Source of the DNA: Epiperipatus broadwayi
Taxonomy: Eukaryota; Animalia; Onychophora
Direction of reading: 5' to 3'
DNA: 64,000 nt
Assembly: GCA_028023455.1 (NCBI GenBank)
Contig: JAQFVV010000004.1
Coordinates: 21,018,001-21,082,000 of the forward strand
The notes under the pieces were generated by a model. The model ran no database searches. It saw only the letters and a list, made by a program, of their open reading frames with translations, and had not been told where the DNA came from. Every line of letters begins with the position of its first letter. The first letter of the stretch is position 1. Below, piece after piece: positions 38,406 through 53,159 of this stretch. The translations under genes were made by a program, and so were the position numbers.

Positions 38406-41400
38406 TGTACCCTCACTTCCAGGAAATATGTAATTATAATCATTTGATCTAGCTCAGATAAATAACTATATTTATCTAAAATGTATTTAAATCAACAATA
38501 ACTATATTTTTTAATAATATCAATTATCAAATTAGCTTAACTAATAAATAATAATATAGTTCTGTTTTATAAAATTAAATAAATGAATATCTAATCAAAT
38601 ATCATGAGTCTATGGAGTGAGTTTACAAGTGGCAGAGCGAATACATTAAGTTAATATTCCACAGGATATCACCTTAATGGCATAAGAATACTATCCCCTA
38701 CTCCTATTACTTAAATACTACATTTACAATATTCTTACGTCTTTAATCAAAACAAATTAAGTACATATCTCTTAACAAATTAATCTGAATATCTTTATTA
38801 AAATTAATTTAACTCAATTTATCTCAGGTTCTCTTAAAATAATTCTAAATTAATTATAACTTTTGTAATCAAGTATGATAAGGGATTTAATATCATTCCT
38901 AACTACAATTCAATAATACTAATAATAACAAAATAATAATACTAATCTTTAATCTATAAATTACTCTCCTATCTTTCTACTTATAATGTTGTTCTTGTAT
39001 ATCACATAATAATAATATAATATAATCCTCTCTTATTCATATGGCATCTTAAGTAAACATGTATGATATGATATTATAATATGAGAATATGTGGCAATCA
39101 TTACTAAGATGATTCAATGTAAATCTTTGGTAATTATTCCATGACCATCATAATAATATCATAAATAAAACTTCTTAAATAAAACATATCAATAAAAAAC
39201 ATTATAACTCTTAAATAACAATTTTATTTATGATGTGCAAATAATGTCTTCATTATAATTATCTGTGATTATGTAATTGTGATGTGAAGAAATTGAGTCA
39301 ACACCAAGACTTATAAAAAAAGTTTAACAATTTTATTAACAAACTTAACAATAAAATTATTTACATTATTTATAATCTGAAAGAATTCTATTTATTCATA
39401 TTTAAATACTCTTCAAATACAAATTAAATGATTTAATTTCTAGGATACAGAACATTTTCCTTAAAATATCTCTTATTTTCAAAATATTATTATATAATTG
39501 TTTATTACAGTTATTAGATTTTATTAATTCCATAGGTTTTAAAACATATAAGGTAATACTTTTACTATGAACTTATTCTTGTTATTTAGATTTAAAAAAA
39601 TCATTTATTATTCTGTATAGTCATTCTTCAATAAATAATAATGTGAAAGACCTTGATTAATAGTATACCATCAAACTAAGCTGCTTCCTAATTATTACTT
39701 TAAACTTCAAATATAGTATATGTATTAGTGTATTGTCATAAAATTATTTTTATCAAACTTATGACTACTTACATTCATTAAACACAATATGTCTTTTTAA
39801 AAAAATTCTTAATACTTAAGTAATATCATTATAAATCCCTTTTAATTATCAACTATTTATTTTATAAAAATATCATTTTTAAATATAAGAAGTTTTATGA
39901 TTCTTTCACTGATGAAATTATGTTCTTATAATTTTTTTTTACACTTATTTTTACTCTAAGCAACATAACTTATCTTATACACTTTAAGAACAATTTTATA
40001 TTTCCAAACTTATTTATTATTTCCGATTTTAAAACGACTATCCTTTACGATGCAATCCAAAAAATTTCAATAATAAATAAACAAGTAGGCATATGGGATA
40101 AACTATAACTTCAACTTAATAACATCTTTATCAACTAACCATCATGGTCACAGTGTACAAGAAATTAGGTATGACTTATTTGTCTAATAACCTCTACTAC
40201 CAAATATAATGTCCAGGCTATTTATTCAGCACTATGGCACATTAAATTTTAACACATAGAAAATAAACACTGCCATGAATATGCACAAGCTATAGGGCTA
40301 TGTTATCTATACTTGCATAATCATCAATATAGTATACTCTTATTCCCATATAAATAAACCCTACATACAATATTATCTTGGTCTTATGTAACTGAATACT
40401 AAGGTATTATCATTAAAGATCTATCACCTTACATCGTTAAATTCATCTCCATATTTCTATAACAATAAATAAATTCATTTTTAGAATAACAGTTTAACTA
40501 ACTAATAAGAGAAGATTATTTCATCCTTTGGTAGTTCTCAAACTTAAGTATAAACAATCAGCCTCTCAATGTCATATTTTTAATACGTTAAACTACTCAA
40601 ACAAAACATCTAGTTCAGTTATAATAGAATCATATACTTATATTTCCCTTATGTTTAAATATCTTTACGATATCAATAAAATTATGCATATTCTTAAAAT
40701 GACTAAACAAATGATAAACTATGTGTAGATATCGTGTTTTATATACGCATCCATACATCCACACAAAATAAAATACATTATAAAACTATCAATAATTTAC
40801 ATTATTACTATAAGTAATTTCTGTTGGCAATTACTTATTCGATGTCTTCTGGATCACGAACTAAATAAACTATTTTATTATCATTTATTCCACATTATCA
40901 CACTTTAAAATATATTAAGTTTTTTTTTTTAATTATTAAAGAGTTTTTTCTTTACAATAAAATTTTAATTATTAAGTTAGTAAATAATTTAATGTTCTAT
41001 GTTCCTCTTCTATCTCTATACTGTGAGTAAGCATTACTATAAATTTTTAGTAAAAAAAATAATTTAAAATTATATTTACAACAGCTCCATTAAACTTTCT
41101 TGCGATGAAATGTTTTTTTTCGATAATAAGTTCATTACAGGAAGTGTCTTTTCTCCTGGTAAAACATTAGTAACACACTTTTGATGCCAATAATTACGCA
41201 TGCTCCAATTCTCCTCATTGCAACATAAAATCCAAAAATGACTGTTCATGTTAAATACGGTAAGTTTACTTTTAATCCATATTATCCAAACTGATATAAT
41301 TAATACTTTTTTTTATCTCCAAAATTTTAAAATATTCAGGTATTCATTACTATGTCAATATCCAATTTAAATACTTTTGATATCGTTCGTTAAGATAATT

Positions 41401-43034
41401 TTCAAATTATTCTAACTTTTCCATATTTACTGAGGTTCAATGTCTTCTGATACAAACAATAAACTTCCCCATCATTTGCCGATAACTTAAATTATTTCCA
41501 CAAATAAATTTAGAAAACTTTTTGTACGCCTAGCATACACTAATTATTAATTTTAAATATGACATAAATCATATTTGCAAATGATCTTAATTTTACCTTT
41601 TTTTAAAAATTTCAGTTTTAAATTATGTTCAATATTTCTTCAGAAAGAAATATCTCAGCGTTCCAAAATAATTGCTGGTCAAATTTAAAGGTTTTTTTTT
41701 TTTAAGCATTCTTCCATCGTATTTTAAATAAGTTTCCTTAATAAAAATATATTATATCATTTTACTTTATATTTTTGTTGAAATTCTTTATATTTTCTCC
41801 GTGACGTTCTTTTTATGAAATTCAGTCGTAAATTAATATGACTTATCAACACAGGCAAAATTATATGCTTAATACAACAATAACCCTTGAATATTTCCAT
41901 CAATCCTTTTACATTTAATGATGACTTCTCCATGTTTAAGTTAATGACAAATTGGACAAAGCAGATTGGCAAGTAAGGAATCACTTATTTTTTAGCCTCG
42001 CATCTCCGTATCACGATCTTATTATTTAAATTAAATAAAATTGACTATTATTCTACCAATTAATTTACCAAAGTTGTAATAATAACGACGGTATGACAGT
42101 ATATTGGTATAATGAGATAACAGTAACCTTGATTTTCCTGCATAGCTCTTATATATTCAAGCCTACTCCCCCTTTGATTGGTTCGCTAAACAATGCTTGC
42201 CTCACAATCCCAGGCATAGAACGCCAGATTACATTTAAAACTAATAATAATTTATTAAATATTTATGTTTATTATATTATTCAATTCTTAATTAATTTTC
42301 ATATTTTATTTACACTTAATAAATACTTTAAAATAACTTTTAAAAATCACATTACAATATTTATTATCATTTCTACCTTTATTTTAAACCTAACGTATTT
42401 ATTTTCAACACAAAAGATAAATTTAATTTCATCTATTATATCTATTTTTAAAACCTAATTTAATATTTATAACAGATAACATTATTTTATTTTCAAACAC
42501 AGGTGTGAATATTACATGTCATGTAATTTACAAAACTAAATGAGACGCTAATAATTTAAATGAAACTAAAATAAATAATTTAATTTATAAAATATTACAT
42601 AAACCAAGATTATAGCACAATTTTAAAATAATTATTTTAATATTGTAAAATCGAATATATACTTTACTCACTACACTATTACTTTTACTTAAAGGATTTT
42701 AAAATATAACTACTAAATACAATTATTATTATTGAATAATCTATTCATTTAACTTTAAAGCATTACTTTTAAAATTTACCTTAATTATTTATTTATAAGA
42801 CTTATTAAATCAGTATTTCCTATGGCCAGTTCTCCCAACCATACAATCTTATAATAATTTTTAGTTAACTGTTTTCTTACAAATATCAACATAATATTAT
42901 ACATCAATTATTTTACTTGCCCTAACTAAAATATTCAAAGATCAACACATAACATACATTATCCCTTGCTTAACTTTAAAATTTTCCAGTAAATTGATAG
43001 AAATAATCCATTCTGACCTAAACAAAAGAGTGCA
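38406..43034 (+). mobile_element. Candidate heavily decayed LTR retrotransposon, superfamily unresolved
   Basis: TGTACCC after (AT)n. Putative 5' LTR ends GTTTACA (38627), followed by AG and PBS-like TGGCAGAGCG (38630). Distal end GAGTGCA|ATATAT at 43034. A matching 3' LTR is not convincingly alignable. Confidence 0.3.
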
Positions 43035-43712
43035 ATATATATATAAGTAAACAAAATTACACAAGAGAAAAAAAAACAGATAATCTCTGGAAAAACACTG
43101 TTATGAAAGAATAGTTGTCTTGGAAAAAGTAATAATGTATTAAATTCTTTTAGGAATATTAAAGCCTAGGTTAGCAGAGTCATTGATTGATTTTCTATGA
43201 TATTCATATTTTTGTATTTGATAAACTAGTAATAAGATATATGAGATATATATTTTTTATAGTTAATGGAATAAATTGAAATGTTGGAGATTTTTTAAGG
43301 TTATTTTATATCATATGAAGCAAATAGGATGTATTTTACAAATAAACTTAAATTAAATTTAAAAGAAATATGCTCATTTGTTTAAAAAGAAAAACAATAA
43401 TACAGACTCTGAACTATAAAATAGAAAAAAATATGGTTAAAAATAGATTAGGAATTAGACCAAATTAATGGACTCAAGGCTAAATTGATATTGTTCATAT
43501 TGTAAAAGTTGATGGGCTTAAATTGAGATGAGTTAGAGCAGATAAGATGAATTTTCAGAAAACGTCTACTCTGAAGGTTAATGATGAAGGGCAGTGGGTG
43601 GTGTGGCATTTTTTGATCCTATATCATATCCTAATATTATGGGATTAGATTCCTTTTAACTTGTATAATGTTCTTATGAGAATTTGATATAAGCTAACAT
43701 ATTTATATACCA

Positions 43713-43911
43713 GACTATTTCCATCATATAATATTAAGTATACTATCTAGAAAAATTAACTTTATTTAAATTTTCCAATTACATTCAACTGTATTAATTT
43801 AGCCTGTGTACTATTACTGATAGTTGAATGTAATTGGAAAATTTAAATAAAGTTAAATTTTTCTAAAGACATTCAATACTTAATATTAGATGATGGGTAT
43901 AGTCCTATATA
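43713..43911. repeat. Fold-back MITE-like element
   Basis: Arms ~43713-43790 and 43822-43904 around a 31-nt loop. 9-bp direct repeat TATATACCA at 43704-43712 and 43912-43920. Confidence 0.7.
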
Positions 43912-45425
43912 TATATACCATCACCACAAACCTTCAGGAAAACACTAAGTTAATATATGTTGGATAAAAGATTATCCTATGTTAATGGGAAGGATTGCAT
44001 TTTATTAGGTTCTGTTAATCATTAAATGTTGTCTGTTAAATCTGATCACTAGAAATGCCTGTTTAATTTTTCCATAATCAATGAAAAAAGTTTTAAGAAA
44101 ACTGAAAATAATAATAATAAAACACAAATGAACAAATATTATTTCGGTTGAATTATTAAAAGGGGAAAAGCTTTGAAAGAATTGAAATGTTTATTATGTA
44201 AACTGTGACTCAGGATAATGACCATTAGAATTTTTTTTCAGCATTTAATTTCAATAAGAAAAAATATCTGTATGAAATAGAAATTTTAAAAAATTTAACT
44301 TGATCTCACATGCAATTTTTTTTTTAGGAATTATTTTCTAAAGACTATTTGCATTTAGAAAAGATATTGTTAGAGTGATATTTGTTGTTGGGATATATAT
44401 ACACACACCACACACAGAGAGAAATGGGCCTAATATTTGTTTCACTGATCTTAAAAAAATATTTGATAGACTGAATTGGGTCATTTTGTTGAAAAAACAA
44501 AAATACAGATTGAAAAGAGAAATGTTTATTAGAAAATTTGTAAATGATTGATATTTATAAAAGTAGTCTTATCAAAAACATGGCTGAAATAAAGATATAT
44601 AACAAGGATATTGGTTATTAATTTGTTTAATATATACTTAAGTTGTTAAGTGTGATTTTGATAATGATGGAACTAGTATCCGAGACAGAAGAGGCTTTTT
44701 TTTCCTTTTTAATGTAATTTGCTAATATGGCAGTAGTTGCAATTAATGAGGATGAGCTTAACAAAATATTGCATAGGATTAATATAACCTGAGATATAAG
44801 TAAATATAATATATGATCAAATATAATTCACATTCTGTAATAATTCATATTCTTAGTGGTTCATCTAAAAATAGCATGAATTGACTGTGCAATTGTCAAA
44901 TTATTAGAAATAAATTTTTAATTGACAAGCAGTAGTAAAACAAACAACAAATATATAAAAAATTTAAAATATCTTTCCCTCCACGTTTACTTGTATTTAT
45001 TTGTTTACTTATTTTATATTACTCAAATATGTTTAAATTTACATTCCACACAGACTTTTATAATAATTTGATAAATGACATTAAAAAACTTTCTTGAAAA
45101 ATTGAAACTAGTAATATTATAAACGTATTTATTTTTTGGATTAGGGAGTAAGAAAGATTATTTGCAAAATTTTCCAGAATATTTAAATTAATTTTGCTCT
45201 GAATCTATAATTACTCTTCCAGCTTTTATTGCTATCAAATTTTAATTTTTTGTATAAATATATCAGTAAACTATCATTTATATTTTTAGTCATTTAATGA
45301 AATGAATATTATTTTAAATATACATGTGTTTATTATGTTTTGTTTTTTTTTTCATTAAATTTAATTAATTTTTGCTTTCTAATATATAGAAGTAAATTGT
45401 ATTCATTTAAATGTTATATTTTTAG

Positions 45426-45539
45426 ACTATACCTTTTTCTGATGGAAATAATTTTACCACACTAGATCCTCAGACTCAAGAAAAAATTAAGCTGTTTCAT
45501 AAAAAACTTGGTATCATTCTACTACCTCCTAAGGCTTGA
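45426..45539 (+). CDS. CDCA8: Last coding exon of the Borealin (CDCA8)-like gene
   Basis: atatttttAG acceptor, in phase 0 with the exon ending at 24847. Encodes TIPFSDGNNFTTLDPQTQEKIKLFHKKLGIILLPPKA*, comparable to the Borealin C-terminal LDPEALGNIKKL. A GTATGT donor follows at 45541. Confidence 0.65.
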   Translation, partial: TIPFSDGNNFTTLDPQTQEKIKLFHKKLGIILLPPKA

Positions 45540-47989
45540 AGTATGTTTCATTTTCAAATTTTAACTGGAATAGAGTACATCATTTGGTAATATGAAGATC
45601 AATTTCTCATTTTATATTCAACTATCTATAAACTGAACTGAATTTTCATCGCTTTGCATTATTATATTTCCACTTCATTTTGAAGAATTATATAAAATGT
45701 GAAAGGGGAATAAAAATAATATGTTATTTAAAAAAGTATAACTTTATATGTCTTTTGGGGAATAACATCCTGTTTTATAAATGTAAGAAATTCCTGTAAA
45801 ATATCTATTTAATTTAGTATAAGCATTCTATATTACGCTATTGTAAATAATCTCTTATATGATATCTAATTTTTATACAAATAATTTAAAAAAAATAAAT
45901 AATTATAATGTGAGTTTTGTAGATAATTGTATTCATCTATTTTTTATTTTCAAAAAATATAAAACAAAGAATATATATATAGAGAGAGAGAGAGAAACAG
46001 AAATTATTAGTGCTTCATTTTTATTTATTTTTTTTAGAAATAGAGTGAATAATTTTTAAATAATTTTTTCGTGAATTGTAAGTGCTGAATAGTTATAATT
46101 GGGAAAGTTGATTAGATATTATAATGAAAAGTCATTTTTGGAATTTTATTAATATATATATATATAATGTAAAATACAAAATAATTCAATAAAAACTAAA
46201 TATTAAAACTGAACTGATATATAAGTTTAAAAAAGTTGCAGTATGAATTGGTAAAATGTCAATGTTATGTAATCATATATAATATAATTTTATTATGAAA
46301 TTGTGGAAACATTTGAGAAACATTATTTTTTTAGTCATATTTGTAGCCATGTTTTGTTATAAATAATTTTTTTTGTCTTTCTGAATTTCCATGATTTACT
46401 TTTAATTTTAAAATTCTATTAATCCCCATTTCATAAATAGTTAAAAAAGATGAACTGTTCACGATTATGATAATCTCTAGAATATTGCTATTTTTCATTG
46501 TCAAAGAATCAGGTTCTACCTTCTATTAAATTTTTCTGATGCACTACTATTCAAATGTCAATAGATATATATCTAATCTGTGGATTTTAATAAGTGTATA
46601 TAGATTAAAATATATTTTTAAAAAAATATCCATCTTAATTATTTCTAATGAAAATTGAATTTTCACATTTTGATGATATTGATATTTCCAGAGTTAAAGT
46701 GATAGCAAATAGGTTAATTTTGCAATAAAAATAATGAATGATAAAAAATATTAATTAAAAAACAAATTTTAAAAAAGCATCAATTATAAACAAATAAAAA
46801 TTGAAAATGCTCCTTATTACAAATTGTCAAACTTATTTTTCTAGAATTATTCTTAAATATGTGCTAATAAAAGAACTTTAAAAATGAGACTTCACTGACA
46901 CACAAAACACTTACAGATTACAAGTTTTCCAATTTACCAGTAAAGTAATGCTTTTTATTTTGTTATGTGTGTGATTTTGCATCACAAAACTTGATAAAAA
47001 TTTATTTGGTTTTATTTGTATAACCTTATATTTCAAGTTATATAGTACTTGTTATACCTGTTACTTTTGACATTTTTTTATTTATATATGCTTTTTATGA
47101 CTATCATAACATTCTCATAATTCCAATTAATACTAAATTTTAATGTGTGTGTCATTCTATTATATAAGGCTATGGATTCTAATAAATTTCTATAATATGC
47201 TGGATTCTATCCATTTAAAAGTAAAAAAGAAAATGTTTACATTCTTAATATTAAGATGGCACGCTTTAAAGCCATAACAATTTTTTTTTAATTCACTAAT
47301 AATTTAATTAATAAAGCAGGATAATTAATTGTTCATATTTTAAAATAATGATAGTGATTTAGGTAATTATAATTTTTATCCAGCATTGTGTTTTTTATAT
47401 CCATTATAAATAGTTATTTGTATTTAATATATTAATAAAGTTAAAATTGAAATAAGTTACAGTATTTTTCAATATTATCTATTTCCTGGTACTATTTAAT
47501 TAATACATTATATTTTTTTTCTGATTCTCTTGACTACTTCAATATTGTTATCTACTGTTCTTAATACACTCTTGATTTTTAAATGTTATATATATATAAC
47601 ACTTCATTAAGTATTATAAGTTATAATATTGACAATAGTAATATAAATTACGTAACTAAAAGTGTTAATTCAGTGTTTGGATATGAAATAGATTATTAAA
47701 TTATTTGATAATTAATTACATATTTTGATAAAATTTAAATAGGTTACATGTAATAAATTTATGTATAAAAAGGGGGGAAAGTTCTCTACCAAACAGGTAT
47801 TAGTTTATTTCTTATGTATACATCAATATTCAATTATTTGTTTTTCAGAACAGTGTGTCTATAAGGAGACTAAGCCCAGTACAATTGTAAGGAGTTGATC
47901 TCTGATTTTATCAATTTATTAAGAAAGATAGATTGAATTTCCAAGATGAAAAATTAAGTTGATATCTCAAAAAAAAAATCCTTTTTCAT

Positions 47990-48587
47990 GTTTTTAGTAA
48001 GTAATGCTAATGAGAGAACATGTGATTGGATAATAGAAGTTATAATAAGACGATAAATTTGTTAAAGTACACAAAATACAAAATGCTTCAGTGTTTCTTC
48101 TCTTTACTTCATAATAATCAAATTGGATTTATTTTTGTATATGATTTTTTTTCTGCCAAAAAGGCCTTAATGGAAAGAACTTGGAGATATAAAAAATTTT
48201 GATGTTTTGGCTCCAAATATAATAAAATTTGAACTTTTTAAATATCTATAAATTTCTGGCATTATTGCCTTTGGTGTGGAGGATTTTAGGAGCCTGTTAT
48301 TATTATTAGGTGTTAGTCCTGATTGTCCTTTCATATTTAATTTAATTCTAATATCAAGTGTCTCATGGTTTGAGAAAATGAAGATCAGAAAAGAAAATCT
48401 ATTAAGGATGAGTATTTTTTAATATAGAATGAAAGACTTATTAGAGAAAAATATTTAGCATTCATGAAATTTTTATTAATTAAATGAAGATATTTTAATT
48501 TCAAACTTGTAATAAAGTTGGTTGCCAAGATTAGATTTTTCTGTTTGATTAACTGATAACTCATATGCTGATCCAATATAATTTATG
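47990..48587 (-). pseudogene. Possible Penelope-like RT remnant, interrupted by the gypsy element and possibly continuing at ~53899-54200
   Basis: The - strand gives PEIYRYFKK and FYISKFFPLRPFW..HIQK*IQF, a weak match to the PLE YGLPK / Y.LSK.L..L.P..HI..S..F region. Confidence 0.3.
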
Positions 48588-48592
48588 GATTT

Positions 48593-49303
48593 TGTTATAT
48601 ATATATATGTATGTAAATAGAGCCAGTAAAGGCACATACTTAAGTAATAAATAATTGGTAGAGATAAATGGGGGAAAAATATATATAGGGTTCAAAGTAA
48701 GTTAAGTGAAATAAAAAGTAATTAGATCAAACTGTATTAATTAAATAAAGTAGCTACAGATGTGTTGTTTAACAGATCGGATTATCAAAAGAATTAGTAG
48801 CCAAATGAATCCGTTTTGCACACACGGGAAAAAAAATGTATTAATACTCTAGAAAAGAAGAAACGAGAGTGGGGCTTCAAACGTGGGAGTATAAAAGAGC
48901 AGGAAAAATAAATATTGATGTCTTTTCCCTGCGGCTATTCCTAAGTGCTGTTCTTTTTCGGACTGTGATCCCAGGTTCTCGACGCCTGTAGGTGAATCCG
49001 GCCGATTAGTGTAGAAGCAGACCGCACCAGTCTTAATATAATTTTTAAATGCCCTAAGCGGCTTTCCCGAGCGTTGATTTTTGTCACCCAGTCAAGGTAC
49101 TGTGTTTTATTTGTATTACTGTAGACTTAGAGGGGGTTTGAATTGTAATGCAATCAGACGATGTTTTATATATATGTTAATCAATTACCCATAACTGTTG
49201 TTTTATTGTGATTTACTATGTACCAATAAAGATCTAATGTAAATTAGTTAGTTGTTCTTATTTTAAAATTTAGTATTTAGATTTGCGATTGCTCAGCTAC
49301 AGC
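48593..49303 (+). repeat. 5' LTR
   Basis: Starts TGTTA; TATAAAA at 48890; AATAAA at 49225; aligns along its length with 53174-53893. Confidence 0.95.
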
Positions 49304-49314
49304 TGGGGACCCAG
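49304..49314 (+). promoter_or_regulatory. Primer-binding site (tRNA not assigned)
   Basis: TGGGGACCCAG immediately after the 5' LTR. Confidence 0.7.
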
Positions 49315-49349
49315 CAAAGAATAGCGCAGTCTCAAAACAACCCGAAATT

Positions 49350-50140
49350 ATGTCGACATTAGGGCAGGACAGTATAAGCGAATTCAACGCCAGTAACACG
49401 TCCAAATGGCAATTATATAGAACACAGATAGAAAATTTCTTTACCTTGAATGCGATTGATGATAATAAGAGAAAAATAGCGGCCCTAATGTGATATGGCG
49501 GGAAAAGAGTAATTGAGGTTATTCATAAAAATTTTGAAGTGCCTTTGCCCGAGAAGGTCAAGTACGAGGAAGTGATAAAGAAGTTAATGATGAGTTTAGC
49601 CCCTGTCTCACCACATAGGTAGATTAACTCTTCGAAATAGGAAATAATTTAGCGGCGAGAAAGTTAATGAATACAATCTAGCTTTAAGAGAATTGGCTAA
49701 AGATTGTGACTACTGTGATTTCATTAACTAAATCTTAATGGACCAGCTACTTTGGGGCATGGCCGATGATAGGCTAAGACAGCAAGTGCTAGTAGAAATG
49801 GAGTTAACTTACAAAATGGCCATCAAAAAGAGTATAGCGTATGAGCTGATATTGGAGCAGGCTCAAGCTTTTAGATTAAAATCCAATGAAACCACAAAAA
49901 TTGGGGTGTTTAAAACATACAGAGGAAGCCTAAATTCAAGAAAGACATACTAGTAATGCGAAAATTATCTGTTTCTGTTGCGGGAAAACTGGCCATATTT
50001 CAAGAGAATGCAAATGGCAGAAAGAAGCATATTTTAAATGCGGCAAAAAAGGCCATTTGTCACGTGTCTGTAGACAAGACGACAAGGGAAAATAAAAGAA
50101 CATGCCTCATGATAGGAGGGGGAAACTTACAACCACCCAC
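49350..50140 (+). pseudogene. gag: gag, disrupted
   Basis: MSTLGQDSISEFNASNTSKWQLYRTQIENFF... followed by CFCCGKTGHISREC-WQKEA-YFKCGKKGHLSRVC (two knuckles). Stops and frameshifts. Confidence 0.85.
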
Positions 50141-50149
50141 ATGATTAAA

Positions 50150-53130
50150 AATCTAAACGTTGAAAGTATATGCCAGTTTATGATTAAACTTAAAATTTAC
50201 GATAAAGAAATGGAAATTGATAGCGGATTGGCAATTTCCTTAATCTCACAGACAGATTGGAAAAAATGATGCGATAAGGTAAACCTTGTTTTAGAGAAAA
50301 CAAATATTAAAGTGAGAGACGTAAATGATAACGCGCTCGAAATAATTGGTCAGGTTAAAGCACCAATTAAATACAACAGCAAAAAAGCGAATCTACCTCT
50401 ATTTATTGTTAAGGGTAAAATTGGCCCCATTGTAGGGAGGGAATGGTTTCGTGAGATCGGGATACAAATTAATATAAAGAAAATCTCTTTGGAAGATGAA
50501 ATAGTTCATAAATATCCAGATCTGTTCAATGAAAAACTGGGATTGATCACGTCAAAACCAGTAGGAATAGAATTATCGGAAAATGCGTGACCGGTTGTTT
50601 GTAAACCACATAAAATTCTGTTTGCGCAAAAAATTAAAATTGAAGACAAGCTAAAGTCATTGGTGAATAAAGGAGTGTTGACACCCATTCAAACATCTGA
50701 TTGAGTCATGCCTTTAGTGGTAATAACCAAGCCTAACAGAGAAGTTAGATTATGTGGAGATTACCAAATAATGGTAAATAAATTTTTAAACAGGGGAGCT
50801 TACCCTGTCTCAAATGTAAGGGAAGATTTGGCCGGTCTGCAAAGTGCTTCCTATTTTGCGAAGCTAGACCTTAATTCCGCTTTCCACCAGATTCAGGTCA
50901 CCAAAAAATCAGTGGAAATCTTGGCTTTAACGACCCATATGGGTCTATTTAGGTGCAATCGTTTACCTTTTGGCATATCCACAGCCCCAAATGTATTTCA
51001 GGCAAGGATCAATGTTTTGCTACAGGGTTTAAAGGGGTCATTCCCTATTACGATGATATACTTATCACAGCTACATCACAAGCAATATTGTTCAACAGAC
51101 TATTCATCGTATGCGAAAAACTAAGTAAATCTGGGATTAAATTAAATGCCCGCAAAAGCGTATGGAAGTCAAAAGAATTAACGTTTCTAGGCCATTTAAT
51201 TTCTGACAAAGGGAAGAGACCATCACCAGAGAAAGTAAAGGCAGTGAAAAATGCATCGCCACCTACAAATATTAAACAGTTACAGGCTTTCTTAGGTCTC
51301 ATAAACTTTTTCGAGCCTTTCTTGGTAGGTAAAGCTCACATAGCTAAGCCATTACGCGAACTCTTAAAAAAAGGGTCTAGAATTCACAAAGAAGCATTCT
51401 GTCGGACAAAAATGTTATTGTCGTCGGAGAAACTATTAGTCCATTATAATAACAGTTTAGAAGTATGTCTAACAACAGACGCGTCGGAGTGGGGGCGGTG
51501 CTATCTCACCCATGTCATAAGGGGGAGCGCCCCATTGCATACGCATAATCAGGGAAAAATTATAGCCAATTTGACAAAGAGGCTTTGGCTATAATGTTCA
51601 GTCTTAAAAAATTCTATCAATTCCTGTTCGGAAGGAATTTCCACATAATTACAGACCACAAGCCACTACTGGGTATTTTGGGCCACAATCGTTTAGCTCC
51701 CGAACATCTAAGCCCACGCATGATGTGCTGGAGGAATATAATGTCAGCATATGATTACATAGTAATATATAAAAAAGGCAAAGAGATCGCACACGCTGAT
51801 GCATTATCAAGAATGCCGGACAAACAAGAACAATTAATGATAGAGGTGGAAATAAATTATATTGACACCCTAAACTCAGAAATTGAATAGCAAACGCATA
51901 GCCAATGGACGATCTCCGATCAGGGCTATCAGATACTTATGGGATGGATCAAAAACGGATGGCCACCTTCAAGGCCTCAGTATGTTAATCCAGGGTTCTG
52001 GGCAAACCGTAATAAACTATATGTAAAGGATGCATATTAATGGGCGATCAGGTCGTGATACCAAGGGAAGTCCAACAGCAAGTACTTAACTTAATTCACG
52101 ATGGCCACTCTGGAGTTGTGCGAGCTAAAGCACTGGCTCGCAGCTATGTCTGGTGGCCAAAAATAACCGTCGACATAGAGCAAAATATCAAGTAATGTTT
52201 GTCATGTCAAACAGAAATGAATATGAGAGCTAAGGTATACAATTCATGGCCAGCAGCCACGAAAGCATGGAAAAGGGTCCACATAGACCATGCTGGACCG
52301 GTGAATGGAAAACTCTTGCTCGTGGTTATAGATGCATTCTCAAAGTGGACAGAGTGCCGTGTTGTAAAAGAATTAACTGCTAGTGAAACAGTTAAAACAT
52401 TAAATGCTGTGTTTGCGTGGCACGGTTTACTGGTAACCATCGTCTCTGATAACGGAACTGCATCGCTAGGGAGATAGAAAGCTATTTTCGTGATAATGGC
52501 AGCAGACTCATACGCACACCACCATATCACTCTGAGTCGAACGGGTAGCAGAGAAGGCAGTCCAAATAATGAAAAAGGCGTTAAAGAAATCAAATAATAG
52601 AGATTTACAACAAGCAATTGATCATGCGATGCTGTGGCAACACGCAATGCCATCAACAGCCACCGGGAAATCACCCGTGCAGAACTGTTAATGGGAAGGA
52701 AACCGCATTAAATTAGCCTTATTACTACCAGAGCCTGTCGAAAATGACAGCGGCGACAAAAATGTACATAGTTGGGGATAAAGTTTGGGTCCGGGATATG
52801 TTGCAAAAGAAATGGGTAGAGGGGATAATTATGAAACTTATCTCAACAAATAGTAATCGTTCAGCTACAGGATGGCACTACCTATAGAAGACACGTAAAC
52901 CACGTCCATCAGCGAGTTGTAGAGGAGGTACAAATGTTACCTGACACTCCAAGCGAGTTATTGCTGGATGAGCAGCAACCACGGAAATGAAACGACTGAG
53001 CAATGGAGTCAGAGGCAATACCAACGAATAGAAAATGATACAGCATCGAGGTCAAAGCCAGATGAAACACAAAGTAATACAGCCAGACCAAAACGGAAAA
53101 TCTGGAGACCGTACAAACTAAAAGTCTATA
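50150..53130 (+). pseudogene. pol: pol (protease, RT, RNase H, integrase), disrupted
   Basis: MEIDSGLAISLI; VRLCGDY; KLDLNSAFHQI; RLPFGISTAP; YYDDILI; LTTDASEWG; TDHKPLL; HADALSR; HDGHSG...C..CQ; RVHIDHAGP; IVSDNG; VGDKVWVRD. Confidence 0.95.
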
Positions 53131-53159
53131 TATAGTGCCATTACGCAAAAATCTTTTCT

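Noticed and set aside
39909-39945. CTGATGA followed by a good hairpin
   Set aside because: No GAAA box follows.
41000-41990. Decayed - strand coding (PGEK; ORF 41757-41984), perhaps a DNA transposase
   Set aside because: No diagnostic motif set or TIRs.
50506-53148. Minus-strand ORFs within the gypsy element
   Set aside because: Antisense shadows of pol with no independent motifs.
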